Part shown: positions 10,139 through 21,501 of the stretch, one piece after another
Numbering within the stretch: position 1 is the stretch's first letter
Layout of the letters: each line of letters opens with the position of its first letter
Origin: Escherichia coli
Lineage (GTDB): Bacteria; Pseudomonadota; Gammaproteobacteria; Enterobacterales; Enterobacteriaceae
Reading direction: 5' to 3' (one strand)
Length of the DNA stretch: 64,000 nt
NCBI RefSeq assembly: GCF_045037415.1
Contig: NZ_CP173438.1
The notes under the pieces: generated by a model
Told to the model about the DNA's origin: nothing
The model's database searches: none
The model's input: only the letters and a program-made list of their open reading frames with translations
Translations under genes and position numbers: made by a program

Positions 10139-10714
10139 TCAAAGCAATTTTTTCGCTAACGTCCAGACCCCAGTATTCGTGGTGGAAAGCGCCACAACAC
10201 CCGCGTTAATCGCATTACGCGCATCTTCTTCATCGCACACCAGCCCGCCAGCAATCAGCGGTTGGCGGATTTTCTCCGTCACCCAGCCCAGCACTTTAGG
10301 CATGCAGCCTGGCAGGATCTCAATACAATCCGGATTCGATTGCGCAACTTGCTTATCAATGTTGTGAAACGAAATCGAATCAACAATAAACAGTCGATGA
10401 ATACAGAAAAAACCTTCCGCTCTTGCTGCTTTCAGCATTGAGGCTTTGGTACTGATAATTCCGTCCGCCTCGGTTACCAGTTTCAAAAACTGAATCACCA
10501 CTTCTTTATTTGACGCGCCTTCCAGCAAATCAACATGAATAAAAGCATATTTCCCGGCGTTCTTAATCTTTTTAACGATATTACTAATGGTGCAGATATT
10601 GCCGTACAACACGGAAATAAACTGGCATTCAGAGTCGATTGCCAGTTGCAGGCTGGCATTATCTTTAACGGCAGCAATCACCGGATTCTGGCGGAGCAGG
10701 TGTAAGAGGGGCAT
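10139..10714 (-). CDS. ygcP: GlpP-family glycerol-3-phosphate-responsive RNA antiterminator-like protein
   Basis: 191-aa ORF; family assignment by similarity to GlpP-type antiterminators. Confidence 0.8.
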   Translation of the reverse strand: MPLLHLLRQNPVIAAVKDNASLQLAIDSECQFISVLYGNICTISNIVKKIKNAGKYAFIHVDLLEGASNKEVVIQFLKLVTEADGIISTKASMLKAARAEGFFCIHRLFIVDSISFHNIDKQVAQSNPDCIEILPGCMPKVLGWVTEKIRQPLIAGGLVCDEEDARNAINAGVVALSTTNTGVWTLAKKLL

Positions 10715-10730
10715 AAATTATCCTTATTAT

Positions 10731-10991
10731 TTATCCAAAGCGGTAGGTGATGCCGAATCCGGAAGGCGGATAGCGCCACTGTTGTAGTGTTGATTCGTCG
10801 CACAGCAAACGGCAGGTGCCACACTCCAGGCAGCCGTGATAATCAACACGTAAGCCACCTTCAGGTGTGAGCGAAAAAAGACCTGCTGGACAGGCGTTAA
10901 TCAACCGTTGTGCCGTCTGGCGCTCAACGGAGTCAGTCGGAACAATGTGCGGCGCATCAGCAGCGCGCCAGAGATTACGGGCTACAGACAT
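10731..10991 (-). CDS. ygcO: ferredoxin-like protein (FixX-like)
   Basis: 86 aa from the internal ATG (MSVARN...); CLECGTC cysteine motif; overlaps the ygcN stop by 10 nt. Confidence 0.75.
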   Translation of the reverse strand: MSVARNLWRAADAPHIVPTDSVERQTAQRLINACPAGLFSLTPEGGLRVDYHGCLECGTCRLLCDESTLQQWRYPPSGFGITYRFG

Positions 10992-12253
10992 CGCAGACTC
11001 CTGATAACATCGCCCGTCAGATGCCACAGGCCGTGACGACGTAAATGACGCCAGAGCAACTGGCGCAGCGGTGGAACAGGTGTATTCCCCTGATCCCATA
11101 AATCACGGGAAATATCCTGCATTAACCCAGGCCACACCCGATACCAGCCAGGACGTTGCAAAAGCGCCGGAACATGCTGATAACGCTGTAGAACATCCCA
11201 CAGCAGGCTGCGCTCTACGTTGTGATGATAAAGCGGAAACAGATTTTGCGGCTCGCGGTGTTGGCAGGCGCTTATCAGCGTTTGTGCCGCCGCCTGCGCG
11301 CCAGTTAGCGCCATATCCATGCCGCGCACGGAAATTCCGGTATTGACGCAACTGCGCAACGCATCGCCCACCAGCAGCCAGCCGTTACCGGCGTATTGCA
11401 CCGGCATACTGCGCAGGCCACCTTCTGGCACCAGATGCGCACCATACTCCAGTAATTCCGTGTTTTTGATAAGCGGGCGCACTGCCGGATGCGTTTTAAA
11501 GCGAGTCAGCAGCTCGCTTGCCGGAACACTACTTTGCGTAAGGGAGGAGAGCGGGCAAACAATCCCTAACGAGAGCGTTTGTTGATTAGTATAAAGAAAT
11601 GCGCCGCCGGGTAAGTCATCACAGATCCCGCCGCTGAACAACAACGCTGCGCCTTCGTTATTCTCCAGATGAAAACGTTCTTCAATAGCGGATGGTTCCA
11701 GCGTCAGCACTTCTTTGATTCCCAATGCCATCGCTTCGCCAGCAGGACGAGTCACTAACCCGTGGCGTTCCGCCAGGACGCTGTTGGCACCTTCTGCCAG
11801 CACCACATAACGGGCGTGAAGAATATCGTCACCACAAATGACACCACACACCCTGCCGTTTTCTTCATACAGTGCATCTACCGTCGCACCGGGGATGCAT
11901 TCGACACCTTCTTTTTCGGCTTCGGCAACCAGCCACGGATCGAATCGTGCACGTAATACACTCCAGGATTCACCGCCGGGCTGTAAGCTGGAAAACGTCG
12001 TTGCGCCATCTGGCGTTAACAGAGAAAGACTTTCGTGAGTGATGCGTCGTTCAAGGGGCGCGGTCAGGTGAAATTGCGGGAGGAGTTCCGCGAGCGCATG
12101 GGTATATAAACGCCCGCCGGAAAGATTTTTGCTGCCGGGAATCTCCGCTCGTTCCAGTAACAAAACGGATAAACCCGCTCGCGCGCAGCGTAACGCGCAA
12201 GCGGTGCCAGCAATTCCGGCACCGATAATAATAATGTCGCAGTCGTCTTCCAT
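10982..12253 (-). CDS. ygcN: FAD-dependent oxidoreductase, ETF-quinone oxidoreductase-like (FixC-like)
   Basis: 423 aa from MEDDCDIIIIGAGIAGTACA (FAD-binding GxGxxG). Confidence 0.85.
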   Translation of the reverse strand: MEDDCDIIIIGAGIAGTACALRCARAGLSVLLLERAEIPGSKNLSGGRLYTHALAELLPQFHLTAPLERRITHESLSLLTPDGATTFSSLQPGGESWSVLRARFDPWLVAEAEKEGVECIPGATVDALYEENGRVCGVICGDDILHARYVVLAEGANSVLAERHGLVTRPAGEAMALGIKEVLTLEPSAIEERFHLENNEGAALLFSGGICDDLPGGAFLYTNQQTLSLGIVCPLSSLTQSSVPASELLTRFKTHPAVRPLIKNTELLEYGAHLVPEGGLRSMPVQYAGNGWLLVGDALRSCVNTGISVRGMDMALTGAQAAAQTLISACQHREPQNLFPLYHHNVERSLLWDVLQRYQHVPALLQRPGWYRVWPGLMQDISRDLWDQGNTPVPPLRQLLWRHLRRHGLWHLTGDVIRSLRCL

Positions 12254-12330
12254 GTCATGCCCCAGATATCCAGAACACAACACCCTAACATAGCGTTACT
12301 TAAGGGAAATTGACCGCCGACACACTCTTA

Positions 12331-12696
12331 TCATTCGCCGCGATAGATACAACCTGCGGTGCAGGTTTCTTTTACCATCACCGCACTTAACAGCGGCACA
12401 ACGGGTTTAACCTGATCCCAAATCCATTTTGCTAAAACTTCGCTGGTTGGGTTTTCCAGACCTGGAATATCATTGAGATAATGGTGATCGAGGCGCTCAT
12501 AAGTTGGTTTAAACGCCGCTTTCAGTTCAGCGAAATCGATAATCCAGCCCGTATGCGGATCGACTTCCCCGGTAATTTCCAGTCGCACCATAAAGGAATG
12601 CCCGTGCAGGCGACCACATTTATGCCCTTGTGGGACGTGCGGCAAGCGGTGAGCGGCTTCGAAGGTGAAATCTTTAAATAACGTGGTGGACATCAT
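12331..12696 (-). CDS. queD: 6-carboxy-5,6,7,8-tetrahydropterin synthase
   Basis: 121 aa from [18 protein letters not shown]...; HKCGRLHGH zinc-binding motif. Confidence 0.9.
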   Translation of the reverse strand: MMSTTLFKDFTFEAAHRLPHVPQGHKCGRLHGHSFMVRLEITGEVDPHTGWIIDFAELKAAFKPTYERLDHHYLNDIPGLENPTSEVLAKWIWDQVKPVVPLLSAVMVKETCTAGCIYRGE

Positions 12697-13011
12697 AATT
12701 TCTCTACATGACGATAAAACCGCCGTAGAGTACCGGAAAGGCTGTTTTTTCGCATTATCTAAAACGACTTTGTTGCGCAAAATCGCTGATTTATCTTATT
12801 GATGGGCAATATTCATTTGTTTTTCATTGGGTTGGTTAATCTATTTTGTTGTTAAAGACTATTGCTAAAACAGGTTAGTCGATTTGGTTATTAGTTATCG
12901 CTATCCCGTCTTTAATCCACACCGTTCACCCCGTTAACCTTACCTTCTCTTCTGTTTTATGGGCGCTGACAGGGCGCAGAAACAGCTTTGCTTACTGGAA
13001 CATAACGACGC

Positions 13012-14811
13012 ATGACGACACAGGTCCCACCTTCCGCGTTGCTTCCGTTGAACCCGGAGCAACTGGCACGCCTTCAGGCGGCCACGACCGATTTAACTCC
13101 TACCCAGCTTGCCTGGGTTTCTGGCTATTTCTGGGGCGTGCTCAACCAGCAGCCTGCTGCGCTTGCAGCGACGCCAGCGCCCGCCGCAGAAATGCCGGGT
13201 ATAACTATTATCTCCGCCTCGCAAACTGGCAATGCGCGTCGGGTTGCTGAAGCATTACGCGATGATTTATTAGCGGCAAAACTGAACGTTAAGCTGGTGA
13301 ACGCGGGCGACTATAAATTCAAACAAATCGCCAGCGAAAAACTGCTTATCGTGGTGACGTCAACGCAAGGGGAAGGGGAACCGCCGGAAGAAGCCGTCGC
13401 GCTGCATAAGTTCCTGTTCTCCAAAAAAGCGCCAAAGCTGGAAAACACCGCGTTTGCCGTGTTTAGCCTCGGCGATAGCTCTTATGAATTTTTCTGCCAG
13501 TCCGGGAAAGATTTTGACAGTAAGCTGGCGGAACTGGGCGGTGAACGCCTGCTCGACCGTGTCGATGCCGACGTTGAATACCAGGCTGCTGCCAGCGAGT
13601 GGCGCGCCCGCGTGGTTGATGCGCTTAAATCGCGTGCGCCTGTCGCGGCACCTTCGCAATCCGTCGCTACTGGCACGGTAAATGAAATCCACACCAGCCC
13701 GTATAGCAAAGACGCGCCGCTGGTGGCGAGCCTCTCTGTTAACCAGAAAATTACCGGGCGTAACTCTGAAAAAGACGTTCGTCACATTGAAATTGACTTA
13801 GGTGACTCTGACCTGCGTTACCAGCCGGGTGACGCGCTGGGCGTCTGGTATCAAAACGATCCGGCACTGGTGAAAGAACTTGTCGAACTGCTGTGGCTGA
13901 AAGGCGATGAACCTGTCACCGTCGAGGGCAAAACGTTGCCTCTGAACGAAGCGCTACAGTGGCACTTCGAACTGACCGTCAACACCGCCAACATTGTTGA
14001 GAACTATGCCACGCTTACCCGCAGCGAAACGCTGCTGCCGCTGGTGGGCGATAAAGCGAAGTTACAGCATTACGCCGCGACGACGCCGATTGTCGACATG
14101 GTGCGTTTCTCTCCGGCGCAACTGGATGCCGAAGCGCTGATTAATCTGCTGCGCCCACTGACCCCGCGCCTGTATTCCATCGCCTCCTCGCAGGCGGAAG
14201 TCGAGAACGAAGTGCACGTTACCGTTGGTGTGGTGCGTTACGACGTGGAAGGCCGCGCCCGTGCCGGTGGTGCCTCCAGCTTCCTCGCGGATCGTGTGGA
14301 AGAAGAGGGTGAAGTCCGCGTATTTATCGAACATAACGACAACTTCCGCCTGCCAACCAATCCGGAAACCCCGGTGATCATGATTGGCCCTGGCACCGGC
14401 ATCGCGCCGTTCCGTGCCTTTATGCAGCAGCGTGCCGCCGACGAAGCGCCGGGTAAAAACTGGCTATTCTTTGGCAACCCACACTTTACGGAAGATTTCC
14501 TCTACCAGGTGGAATGGCAGCGTTACGTCAAAGAAGGCGTGCTGACGCGCATCGATCTCGCCTGGTCGCGCGATCAAAAAGAAAAAATTTACGTACAAGA
14601 CAAACTGCGCGAACAGGGCGCAGAGCTGTGGCGCTGGATCAATGACGGTGCCCACATTTATGTCTGCGGCGACGCTAATCGCATGGCGAAAGACGTTGAG
14701 CAGGCACTTCTGGAAGTGATTGCCGAATTTGGTGGCATGGACACCGAAGCGGCGGATGAATTTTTAAGTGAGCTGCGCGTAGAGCGCCGTTATCAGCGAG
14801 ATGTCTACTAA
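13012..14811 (+). CDS. cysJ: sulfite reductase [NADPH] flavoprotein alpha subunit
   Basis: 599-aa ORF; flavodoxin plus FAD/NADPH-binding domains; gene order cysJ-cysI-cysH. Confidence 0.95.
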   Translation: MTTQVPPSALLPLNPEQLARLQAATTDLTPTQLAWVSGYFWGVLNQQPAALAATPAPAAEMPGITIISASQTGNARRVAEALRDDLLAAKLNVKLVNAGDYKFKQIASEKLLIVVTSTQGEGEPPEEAVALHKFLFSKKAPKLENTAFAVFSLGDSSYEFFCQSGKDFDSKLAELGGERLLDRVDADVEYQAAASEWRARVVDALKSRAPVAAPSQSVATGTVNEIHTSPYSKDAPLVASLSVNQKITGRNSEKDVRHIEIDLGDSDLRYQPGDALGVWYQNDPALVKELVELLWLKGDEPVTVEGKTLPLNEALQWHFELTVNTANIVENYATLTRSETLLPLVGDKAKLQHYAATTPIVDMVRFSPAQLDAEALINLLRPLTPRLYSIASSQAEVENEVHVTVGVVRYDVEGRARAGGASSFLADRVEEEGEVRVFIEHNDNFRLPTNPETPVIMIGPGTGIAPFRAFMQQRAADEAPGKNWLFFGNPHFTEDFLYQVEWQRYVKEGVLTRIDLAWSRDQKEKIYVQDKLREQGAELWRWINDGAHIYVCGDANRMAKDVEQALLEVIAEFGGMDTEAADEFLSELRVERRYQRDVY

Positions 14812-16523
14812 TGAGCGAAAAACATCCAGGGCCTTTAGTGGTCGAAGGAAAACTGACAGACGCCGAGCGCATGAAGCTTGAAAGCAACTACCTGCGCGGC
14901 ACCATTGCGGAAGATTTAAACGACGGTCTGACCGGCGGCTTTAAGGGCGATAACTTCCTGCTGATCCGCTTCCACGGCATGTATCAGCAGGATGACCGCG
15001 ACATTCGCGCCGAACGTGCTGAACAGAAGCTGGAGCCGCGCCACGCGATGCTGCTTCGCTGTCGTCTGCCGGGTGGGGTGATTACCACTAAACAGTGGCA
15101 GGCGATCGACAAATTTGCCGGTGAAAACACCATCTATGGCAGCATTCGCCTGACCAACCGCCAGACGTTTCAGTTCCACGGCATTCTGAAAAAGAACGTC
15201 AAACCGGTGCACCAGATGCTGCACTCGGTCGGTCTTGATGCGCTGGCGACCGCCAACGACATGAACCGTAACGTACTCTGCACCTCGAACCCTTACGAGT
15301 CGCAGCTGCATGCGGAAGCATATGAATGGGCGAAGAAAATTTCTGAACATCTGCTGCCTCGTACCCGCGCGTATGCGGAGATCTGGCTCGATCAGGAAAA
15401 AGTCGCCACTACTGATGAAGAGCCGATCCTTGGTCAGACCTACCTGCCGCGTAAGTTCAAAACCACGGTAGTGATCCCGCCGCAGAACGATATCGATCTG
15501 CACGCCAACGACATGAACTTCGTGGCGATCGCCGAAAACGGCAAGCTGGTGGGCTTTAACCTGCTGGTGGGCGGTGGGCTTTCCATCGAACACGGCAACA
15601 AGAAAACCTACGCCCGCACGGCGAGTGAGTTTGGCTATCTGCCGCTGGAGCATACGCTGGCGGTGGCGGAAGCCGTCGTGACAACTCAGCGTGACTGGGG
15701 TAACCGAACCGATCGTAAAAATGCCAAAACCAAATACACGCTGGAGCGCGTAGGGGTTGAGACGTTTAAAGCGGAAGTTGAACGTCGCGCGGGGATCAAA
15801 TTCGAGCCGATTCGCCCGTATGAGTTTACCGGACGCGGCGATCGTATTGGCTGGGTTAAGGGCATTGATGATAACTGGCACCTGACGCTGTTTATCGAAA
15901 ATGGTCGAATTCTTGATTATCCGGGGCGCCCGCTGAAAACCGGCTTGCTGGAGATCGCGAAGATCCACAAAGGTGATTTCCGCATTACGGCGAACCAGAA
16001 TCTGATCATCGCCGGCGTGCCGGAAAGCGAGAAAGCGAAGATCGAGAAGATCGCCAAAGAAAGCGGGTTAATGAATGCCGTCACGCCGCAGCGTGAAAAC
16101 TCAATGGCCTGCGTGTCATTCCCGACTTGCCCGCTGGCGATGGCGGAAGCGGAGCGTTTCCTGCCGTCTTTTATCGACAACATCGATAATTTAATGGCGA
16201 AACATGGTGTCAGCGATGAGCATATCGTGATGCGTGTAACAGGCTGCCCGAACGGTTGTGGTCGCGCGATGCTGGCGGAAGTGGGTCTGGTGGGGAAAGC
16301 GCCGGGTCGCTACAACCTGCATCTTGGCGGCAACCGCATTGGGACACGTATCCCACGGATGTATAAAGAAAACATCACCGAGCCGGAAATCCTGGCGTCG
16401 CTTGATGAACTGATAGGGCGCTGGGCGAAAGAGCGCGAAGCGGGTGAAGGCTTCGGCGACTTTACGGTGCGTGCGGGCATCATTCGCCCGGTGCTCGATC
16501 CGGCGCGCGATTTGTGGGATTAA
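14811..16523 (+). CDS. cysI: sulfite reductase [NADPH] hemoprotein beta subunit
   Basis: 570-aa ORF; CPNGC siroheme/Fe-S cysteine cluster; start overlaps the cysJ stop. Confidence 0.95.
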
Positions 16524-16526
16524 CCA

Positions 16527-16585
16527 TCAGCCCGGTCTTGTAGGCCTGATAAGACGTGTGAGCGTTGCATCAGGCAAGGCAAACA
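16527..16585. repeat. REP element between cysI and cysH
   Basis: TAGGCCTGATAAGACG...GCATCAGGC palindromic unit. Confidence 0.7.
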
Positions 16586-16596
16586 GTGAGGAACTT

Positions 16597-17331
16597 ATGT
16601 CCAAACTCGATCTAAACGCCCTGAACGAACTGCCAAAGGTAGACCGGATTCTGGCGCTGGCGGAAACTAACGCCCAACTGGAAAAACTGGACGCTGAAGG
16701 CCGCGTAGCCTGGGCGCTGGATAATCTGCCCGGTGAATATGTACTTTCTTCCAGCTTTGGCATTCAGGCGGCGGTGAGCCTGCATCTGGTGAATCAGATT
16801 CGCCCGGATATTCCAGTGATCCTCACCGATACCGGCTATCTGTTCCCGGAAACCTACCGCTTTATTGACGAGTTAACGGACAAACTCAAGCTCAACCTGA
16901 AAGTGTATCGTGCTACCGAAAGCGCCGCCTGGCAGGAAGCACGCTACGGCAAACTGTGGGAGCAGGGCGTTGAAGGCATTGAAAAGTACAATGACATCAA
17001 CAAAGTCGAACCGATGAACCGGGCGCTGAAAGAACTGAATGCGCAAACCTGGTTTGCTGGCCTGCGCCGTGAACAATCCGGCAGCCGCGCCAATTTACCG
17101 GTGCTGGCAATTCAGCGTGGCGTATTTAAAGTGCTGCCGATTATCGACTGGGATAACCGAACTATTTATCAGTACCTGCAAAAACATGGCCTGAAATATC
17201 ACCCATTATGGGATGAAGGATATTTATCGGTGGGCGATACCCATACAACCCGTAAATGGGAACCCGGCATGGCGGAAGAAGAAACGCGTTTCTTTGGCTT
17301 AAAAAGGGAATGTGGATTACACGAAGGGTAA
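16597..17331 (+). CDS. cysH: phosphoadenosine phosphosulfate (PAPS) reductase
   Basis: 244 aa from the ATG at 16597 ([14 protein letters not shown]...); C-terminal ECGLH motif. Confidence 0.95.
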
Positions 17332-17348
17332 ATATTGCCGGATAAATT

Positions 17349-17389
17349 AAACGCCTCTGTCAGAAATGATGGAGGCGTTTTTATTTTTT
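17349..17389 (+). terminator. intrinsic terminator downstream of cysH
   Basis: Stem AAACGCCTC / GAGGCGTTT followed by a T-rich run TTTATTTTTTG. Confidence 0.6.
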
Positions 17390-17399
17390 GCGAGCAGCA

Positions 17400-17800
17400 T
17401 TCCGGCATTTAAAGGTGAACATCGCAGGGAAAATTAACAGGTATAGAATGGCATTGGGTGCTTGAGGCTGTCTGGCGTTAAGCATTCGCAAGGTTCCAGA
17501 TGGACAAAAGCCCCAGGCGATATTTCTATCAACCTGAGGCTCGCGTTCGAACGTAGCAATTCGGATGTTAGTCTCTTCTTTGCAGGGAGGCAAGACATGC
17601 TGACAAAATATGCCCTTGTGGCAATCATCGTACTGTGTTGTACAGTACTGGGATTCACGTTGATGGTAGGCGACTCGTTGTGTGAGTTGAGTATCAGAGA
17701 ACGTGGTATGGAGTTTAAGGCAGTTCTCGCTTACGAATCGAAGAAGTAGCCACCACGCGGGGTAAAACCCCGCGTACTGAATTGTGATGGTTTGGCCTCC
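17400..17800 (+). other. hok/sok-type type I toxin-antitoxin locus (antisense Sok RNA expected on the minus strand over the hok leader; not mapped)
   Basis: Contains a Hok-family ORF with an in-frame upstream mok-like extension and a 3' GC hairpin (CGCGGGG-TAAAA-CCCCGCG, 17756-17774). Confidence 0.55.
17597..17749 (+). CDS. hokX: Hok/Gef-family membrane toxin (50 aa)
   Basis: [50 protein letters not shown]: one transmembrane helix plus conserved SLCE...AYES Hok signature; symbol assigned because the hok homologue next to cysH is, as I recall, the hokX/sokX locus. Confidence 0.65.
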   Translation: MLTKYALVAIIVLCCTVLGFTLMVGDSLCELSIRERGMEFKAVLAYESKK

Positions 17801-17874
17801 TGCACCCCTTTTTTATACTCTGTTTCTGGTGGCATTGATTTCCTGCAGGCAAGGGAGTAATCATTTCAAACCCA

Positions 17875-18912
17875 TTAAGATGCCTTCGCCAGCTCCTTCA
17901 CCAACGGTAGCATTATCCGCATAACATCACGGCAGCGACGTTCTATTCTTCCAGGAAGTGCCTTATCAATATGCTGTTGATTATCCAGTCTTACGTCATG
18001 CCAGCTATTTCCCGCAGGGAATGCGGCTGTTTTTGCTCGTTGCTGATAACCATCCTTATTGCCAAGATTCCAGTTAGTCGCTTCCACCGAAAGTACAGCA
18101 ATACCGGCTTTGTCGAATATTTCTGCGTCATTACAACACCCGGTGCCTTTCGGATAGTTTTTATTCAAACCTGGATTTGTGGTGGCGGCAATTCCATGGC
18201 TGCGGGCAATTGCCAGCGCCCGGTCGCGCGTTAATTTCCTTACTGCTTCAGGGGTTTTTACACCGCTGTTGAAATACAATTTATCGCCAACAATTAAGTT
18301 ATCGAGATTAATCACCAGCAGCGTATTTTTCTTTTCGGTGTCACTCATCCGCTTGAGTAAATTCTCAGCGCCTAATTTTCCTTCCTCTTCGCCGCTGGTC
18401 GCCACAAATCGAATACCATACTCGGTAGGCGTATTTTTCAGGCGCTCGGCCAGTTCCAGCATGACACCTAAACCTGCGGCGTTATCATCCATTCCTTGTA
18501 ACGTCAGCCCGCCGAGATTGGCATCGGCGTCAGCATCGCTCAGCGGGGCGTAAGTATCCAGATGCGCCATAATGATGATCTGCTGCGGCGTTTTGCCTTC
18601 ATGAGCGGCAATCACCGTACTTCCCGTCACGTTATGCCAGCTCTTGCGATTATCGCGGGCGGTATAAATATACCGACTATTAAATGTCCGAATATCACTG
18701 CGATAACCCATTTGCTGAAACTGTTGGCGAATATAATCGGCAGATAACATTTCTGCAGGAGTTCCGGTCATGCGTCCCGGAAAGAAAGTAGCAATATGTC
18801 GTGCCTGGGTATTAGCAAAATCGCCAGGTTTAGGTGACGAGGCGTGTACGGGGAGAATAAAGCATACGCCGAGCGCCAGGGCAGCGGTACGGTGGCGCAA
18901 TGCGGAAAACAT
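17875..18912 (-). CDS. iap: alkaline phosphatase isozyme conversion aminopeptidase (M28 family)
   Basis: 345-aa ORF with signal peptide; position between cysH and cysD. Confidence 0.9.
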   Translation of the reverse strand: MFSALRHRTAALALGVCFILPVHASSPKPGDFANTQARHIATFFPGRMTGTPAEMLSADYIRQQFQQMGYRSDIRTFNSRYIYTARDNRKSWHNVTGSTVIAAHEGKTPQQIIIMAHLDTYAPLSDADADANLGGLTLQGMDDNAAGLGVMLELAERLKNTPTEYGIRFVATSGEEEGKLGAENLLKRMSDTEKKNTLLVINLDNLIVGDKLYFNSGVKTPEAVRKLTRDRALAIARSHGIAATTNPGLNKNYPKGTGCCNDAEIFDKAGIAVLSVEATNWNLGNKDGYQQRAKTAAFPAGNSWHDVRLDNQQHIDKALPGRIERRCRDVMRIMLPLVKELAKAS

Positions 18913-19163
18913 AGTGAGTCCTTAAATACCATGCAAATTTTTTTACCGCCATAGTATGAAACTGCCGCTGCGCTAAAACAATTTCAAATCTTCCTAAACG
19001 CCCGAAATCCGGTGCCTTAAGCACTTTTTGATATTAGCTTTGCCAAATCGTTATTCCGTTAAGGAACTACTCATTCTAATTGGTAATTTCATTCGTTCTC
19101 TTACGCTCCCTATAGTCGAAACATCTGATGGCAAGAAAATAGCGGTATTGCAAAGGAACGGTT

Positions 19164-20072
19164 ATGGATCAAAAACGACTTACCCACCTGCGGCAACTGG
19201 AGGCGGAAAGCATCCACATTATTCGCGAGGTGGCGGCAGAATTCTCAAATCCGGTGATGCTCTACTCTATCGGTAAAGATTCCAGCGTCATGCTGCATCT
19301 GGCGCGCAAGGCGTTTTATCCAGGTACGCTGCCTTTCCCGTTGCTGCATGTCGATACCGGCTGGAAATTCCGCGAGATGTATGAGTTCCGCGATCGTACG
19401 GCTAAAGCCTACGGCTGCGAGCTGCTGGTGCATAAAAACCCGGAAGGCGTAGCGATGGGGATTAATCCATTCGTTCATGGCAGCGCGAAACATACCGATA
19501 TTATGAAAACTGAAGGCCTGAAACAGGCGCTGAACAAATACGGTTTTGATGCCGCCTTCGGTGGTGCGCGCCGCGACGAAGAGAAATCCCGCGCTAAAGA
19601 GCGAATCTACTCTTTCCGTGACCGCTTCCATCGCTGGGATCCGAAAAATCAGCGCCCGGAGCTGTGGCACAACTACAACGGGCAAATTAACAAAGGCGAA
19701 AGCATCCGCGTCTTCCCGCTCTCTAACTGGACCGAGCAGGATATCTGGCAATACATCTGGCTGGAAAATATTGACATTGTTCCACTGTATCTCGCTGCGG
19801 AACGTCCGGTTCTGGAACGCGACGGTATGTTGATGATGATTGATGACAACCGTATCGACCTGCAACCGGGCGAAGTGATTAAAAAACGGATGGTGCGTTT
19901 CCGTACGCTGGGCTGCTGGCCGCTGACCGGCGCGGTGGAGTCAAACGCACAAACACTGCCGGAGATCATCGAAGAGATGCTGGTTTCCACCACCAGTGAA
20001 CGTCAGGGCCGCGTAATTGACCGCGACCAGGCGGGGTCTATGGAGCTGAAAAAACGTCAGGGGTATTTTTAA
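19164..20072 (+). CDS. cysD: sulfate adenylyltransferase subunit 2
   Basis: 302-aa ORF; PAPS-reductase-like fold; heads the cysDNC operon. Confidence 0.95.
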   Translation: MDQKRLTHLRQLEAESIHIIREVAAEFSNPVMLYSIGKDSSVMLHLARKAFYPGTLPFPLLHVDTGWKFREMYEFRDRTAKAYGCELLVHKNPEGVAMGINPFVHGSAKHTDIMKTEGLKQALNKYGFDAAFGGARRDEEKSRAKERIYSFRDRFHRWDPKNQRPELWHNYNGQINKGESIRVFPLSNWTEQDIWQYIWLENIDIVPLYLAAERPVLERDGMLMMIDDNRIDLQPGEVIKKRMVRFRTLGCWPLTGAVESNAQTLPEIIEEMLVSTTSERQGRVIDRDQAGSMELKKRQGYF

Positions 20073-20073
20073 G

Positions 20074-21501
20074 ATGAACACCGCACTTGCACAACAAATC
20101 GCCAATGAAGGCGGCGTCGAAGCCTGGATGATTGCGCAACAACATAAAAGCCTGCTGCGTTTTCTGACCTGTGGTAGCGTCGATGACGGCAAAAGTACCC
20201 TGATTGGTCGCCTGCTACACGATACCCGCCAAATCTACGAAGATCAGCTCTCATCGCTGCATAACGACAGTAAGCGTCACGGCACCCAGGGCGAAAAGCT
20301 GGATCTGGCACTGCTGGTGGACGGCCTGCAAGCTGAGCGCGAACAGGGCATCACCATTGACGTGGCTTACCGCTATTTCTCTACCGAGAAGCGTAAATTT
20401 ATTATCGCCGACACCCCAGGGCACGAGCAGTACACCCGCAATATGGCGACTGGCGCATCGACATGTGAACTGGCGATCTTACTGATCGATGCCCGTAAAG
20501 GCGTGCTCGATCAAACCCGTCGTCACAGTTTTATCTCCACACTGTTGGGGATCAAACATCTGGTCGTGGCGATCAACAAAATGGATCTGGTGGATTACAG
20601 TGAAGAGACGTTCACCCGTATTCGTGAAGATTATCTGACCTTTGCCGGGCAGCTGCCGGGTAATCTGGATATCCGCTTTGTGCCGCTCTCCGCACTGGAA
20701 GGCGACAACGTGGCTTCGCAAAGTGAAAGTATGCCGTGGTACAGCGGTCCGACACTGCTCGAAGTGCTGGAAACCGTGGAGATCCAGCGAGTGGTGGATG
20801 CTCAGCCAATGCGCTTCCCGGTGCAGTACGTTAACCGTCCGAATCTCGATTTTCGTGGCTACGCCGGAACGCTGGCATCCGGTCGTGTGGAAGTCGGGCA
20901 ACGTGTCAAAGTGCTGCCCTCTGGTGTGGAATCAAACGTCGCGCGGATCGTGACCTTTGATGGCGATCGCGAAGAAGCCTTTGCCGGAGAAGCGATCACC
21001 CTGGTGCTGACGGATGAGATCGACATCAGCCGTGGCGATCTGCTGCTGGCGGCAGACGAAGTGTTACCGGCTGTGCAGAGCGCGTCGGTGGATGTGGTAT
21101 GGATGGCGGAACAGCCGCTTTCCCCGGGCCAGAGTTACGACATCAAAATTGCCGGTAAGAAGACGCGTGCTCGTGTTGATGGCATTCGTTATCAGGTTGA
21201 TATCAATAACCTTACCCAACGCGAAGTTGAAAACCTGCCGCTGAACGGCATCGGCCTGGTAGATCTCACCTTTGACGAGCCACTGGTGTTAGATCGTTAT
21301 CAGCAAAACCCGGTTACCGGTGGGCTGATTTTTATCGATCGCCTGAGTAATGTGACCGTAGGTGCCGGTATGGTGCACGAACCAGTTAGCCAGGCAACTG
21401 CTGCGCCATCTGAATTCAGTGCATTCGAACTGGAATTGAATGCCCTGGTTCGCCGCCATTTCCCGCATTGGGGTGCGCGCGATTTACTGGGAGATAAATA
21501 A
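20074..21501 (+). CDS. cysN: sulfate adenylyltransferase subunit 1 (GTPase)
   Basis: 475-aa ORF; GTP-binding motifs GSVDDGKST and DTPGH. Confidence 0.95.
   Translation: MNTALAQQIANEGGVEAWMIAQQHKSLLRFLTCGSVDDGKSTLIGRLLHDTRQIYEDQLSSLHNDSKRHGTQGEKLDLALLVDGLQAEREQGITIDVAYRYFSTEKRKFIIADTPGHEQYTRNMATGASTCELAILLIDARKGVLDQTRRHSFISTLLGIKHLVVAINKMDLVDYSEETFTRIREDYLTFAGQLPGNLDIRFVPLSALEGDNVASQSESMPWYSGPTLLEVLETVEIQRVVDAQPMRFPVQYVNRPNLDFRGYAGTLASGRVEVGQRVKVLPSGVESNVARIVTFDGDREEAFAGEAITLVLTDEIDISRGDLLLAADEVLPAVQSASVDVVWMAEQPLSPGQSYDIKIAGKKTRARVDGIRYQVDINNLTQREVENLPLNGIGLVDLTFDEPLVLDRYQQNPVTGGLIFIDRLSNVTVGAGMVHEPVSQATAAPSEFSAFELELNALVRRHFPHWGARDLLGDK

Noticed and set aside
14916-15968. 350-aa antisense ORF inside cysI
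   Set aside because: Lies entirely opposite a well-supported conserved gene; typical spurious antisense frame in GC-rich coding DNA. Similar antisense ORFs inside hycE (51540-52973), ygcU (5927-6853), norV (62045-62785) and fhlA were rejected for the same reason.
17462-17596. Upstream part of the 95-aa ORF as an independent protein-coding gene
   Set aside because: Begins with TTG and has no recognisable domain; interpreted as the mok-like overlapping frame of the hok locus rather than a separate gene.
17332-19163. Search for a CRISPR array or cas genes around iap
   Set aside because: No regularly spaced direct repeats and no cas-like ORFs on either side of iap; the locus appears CRISPR-free here.
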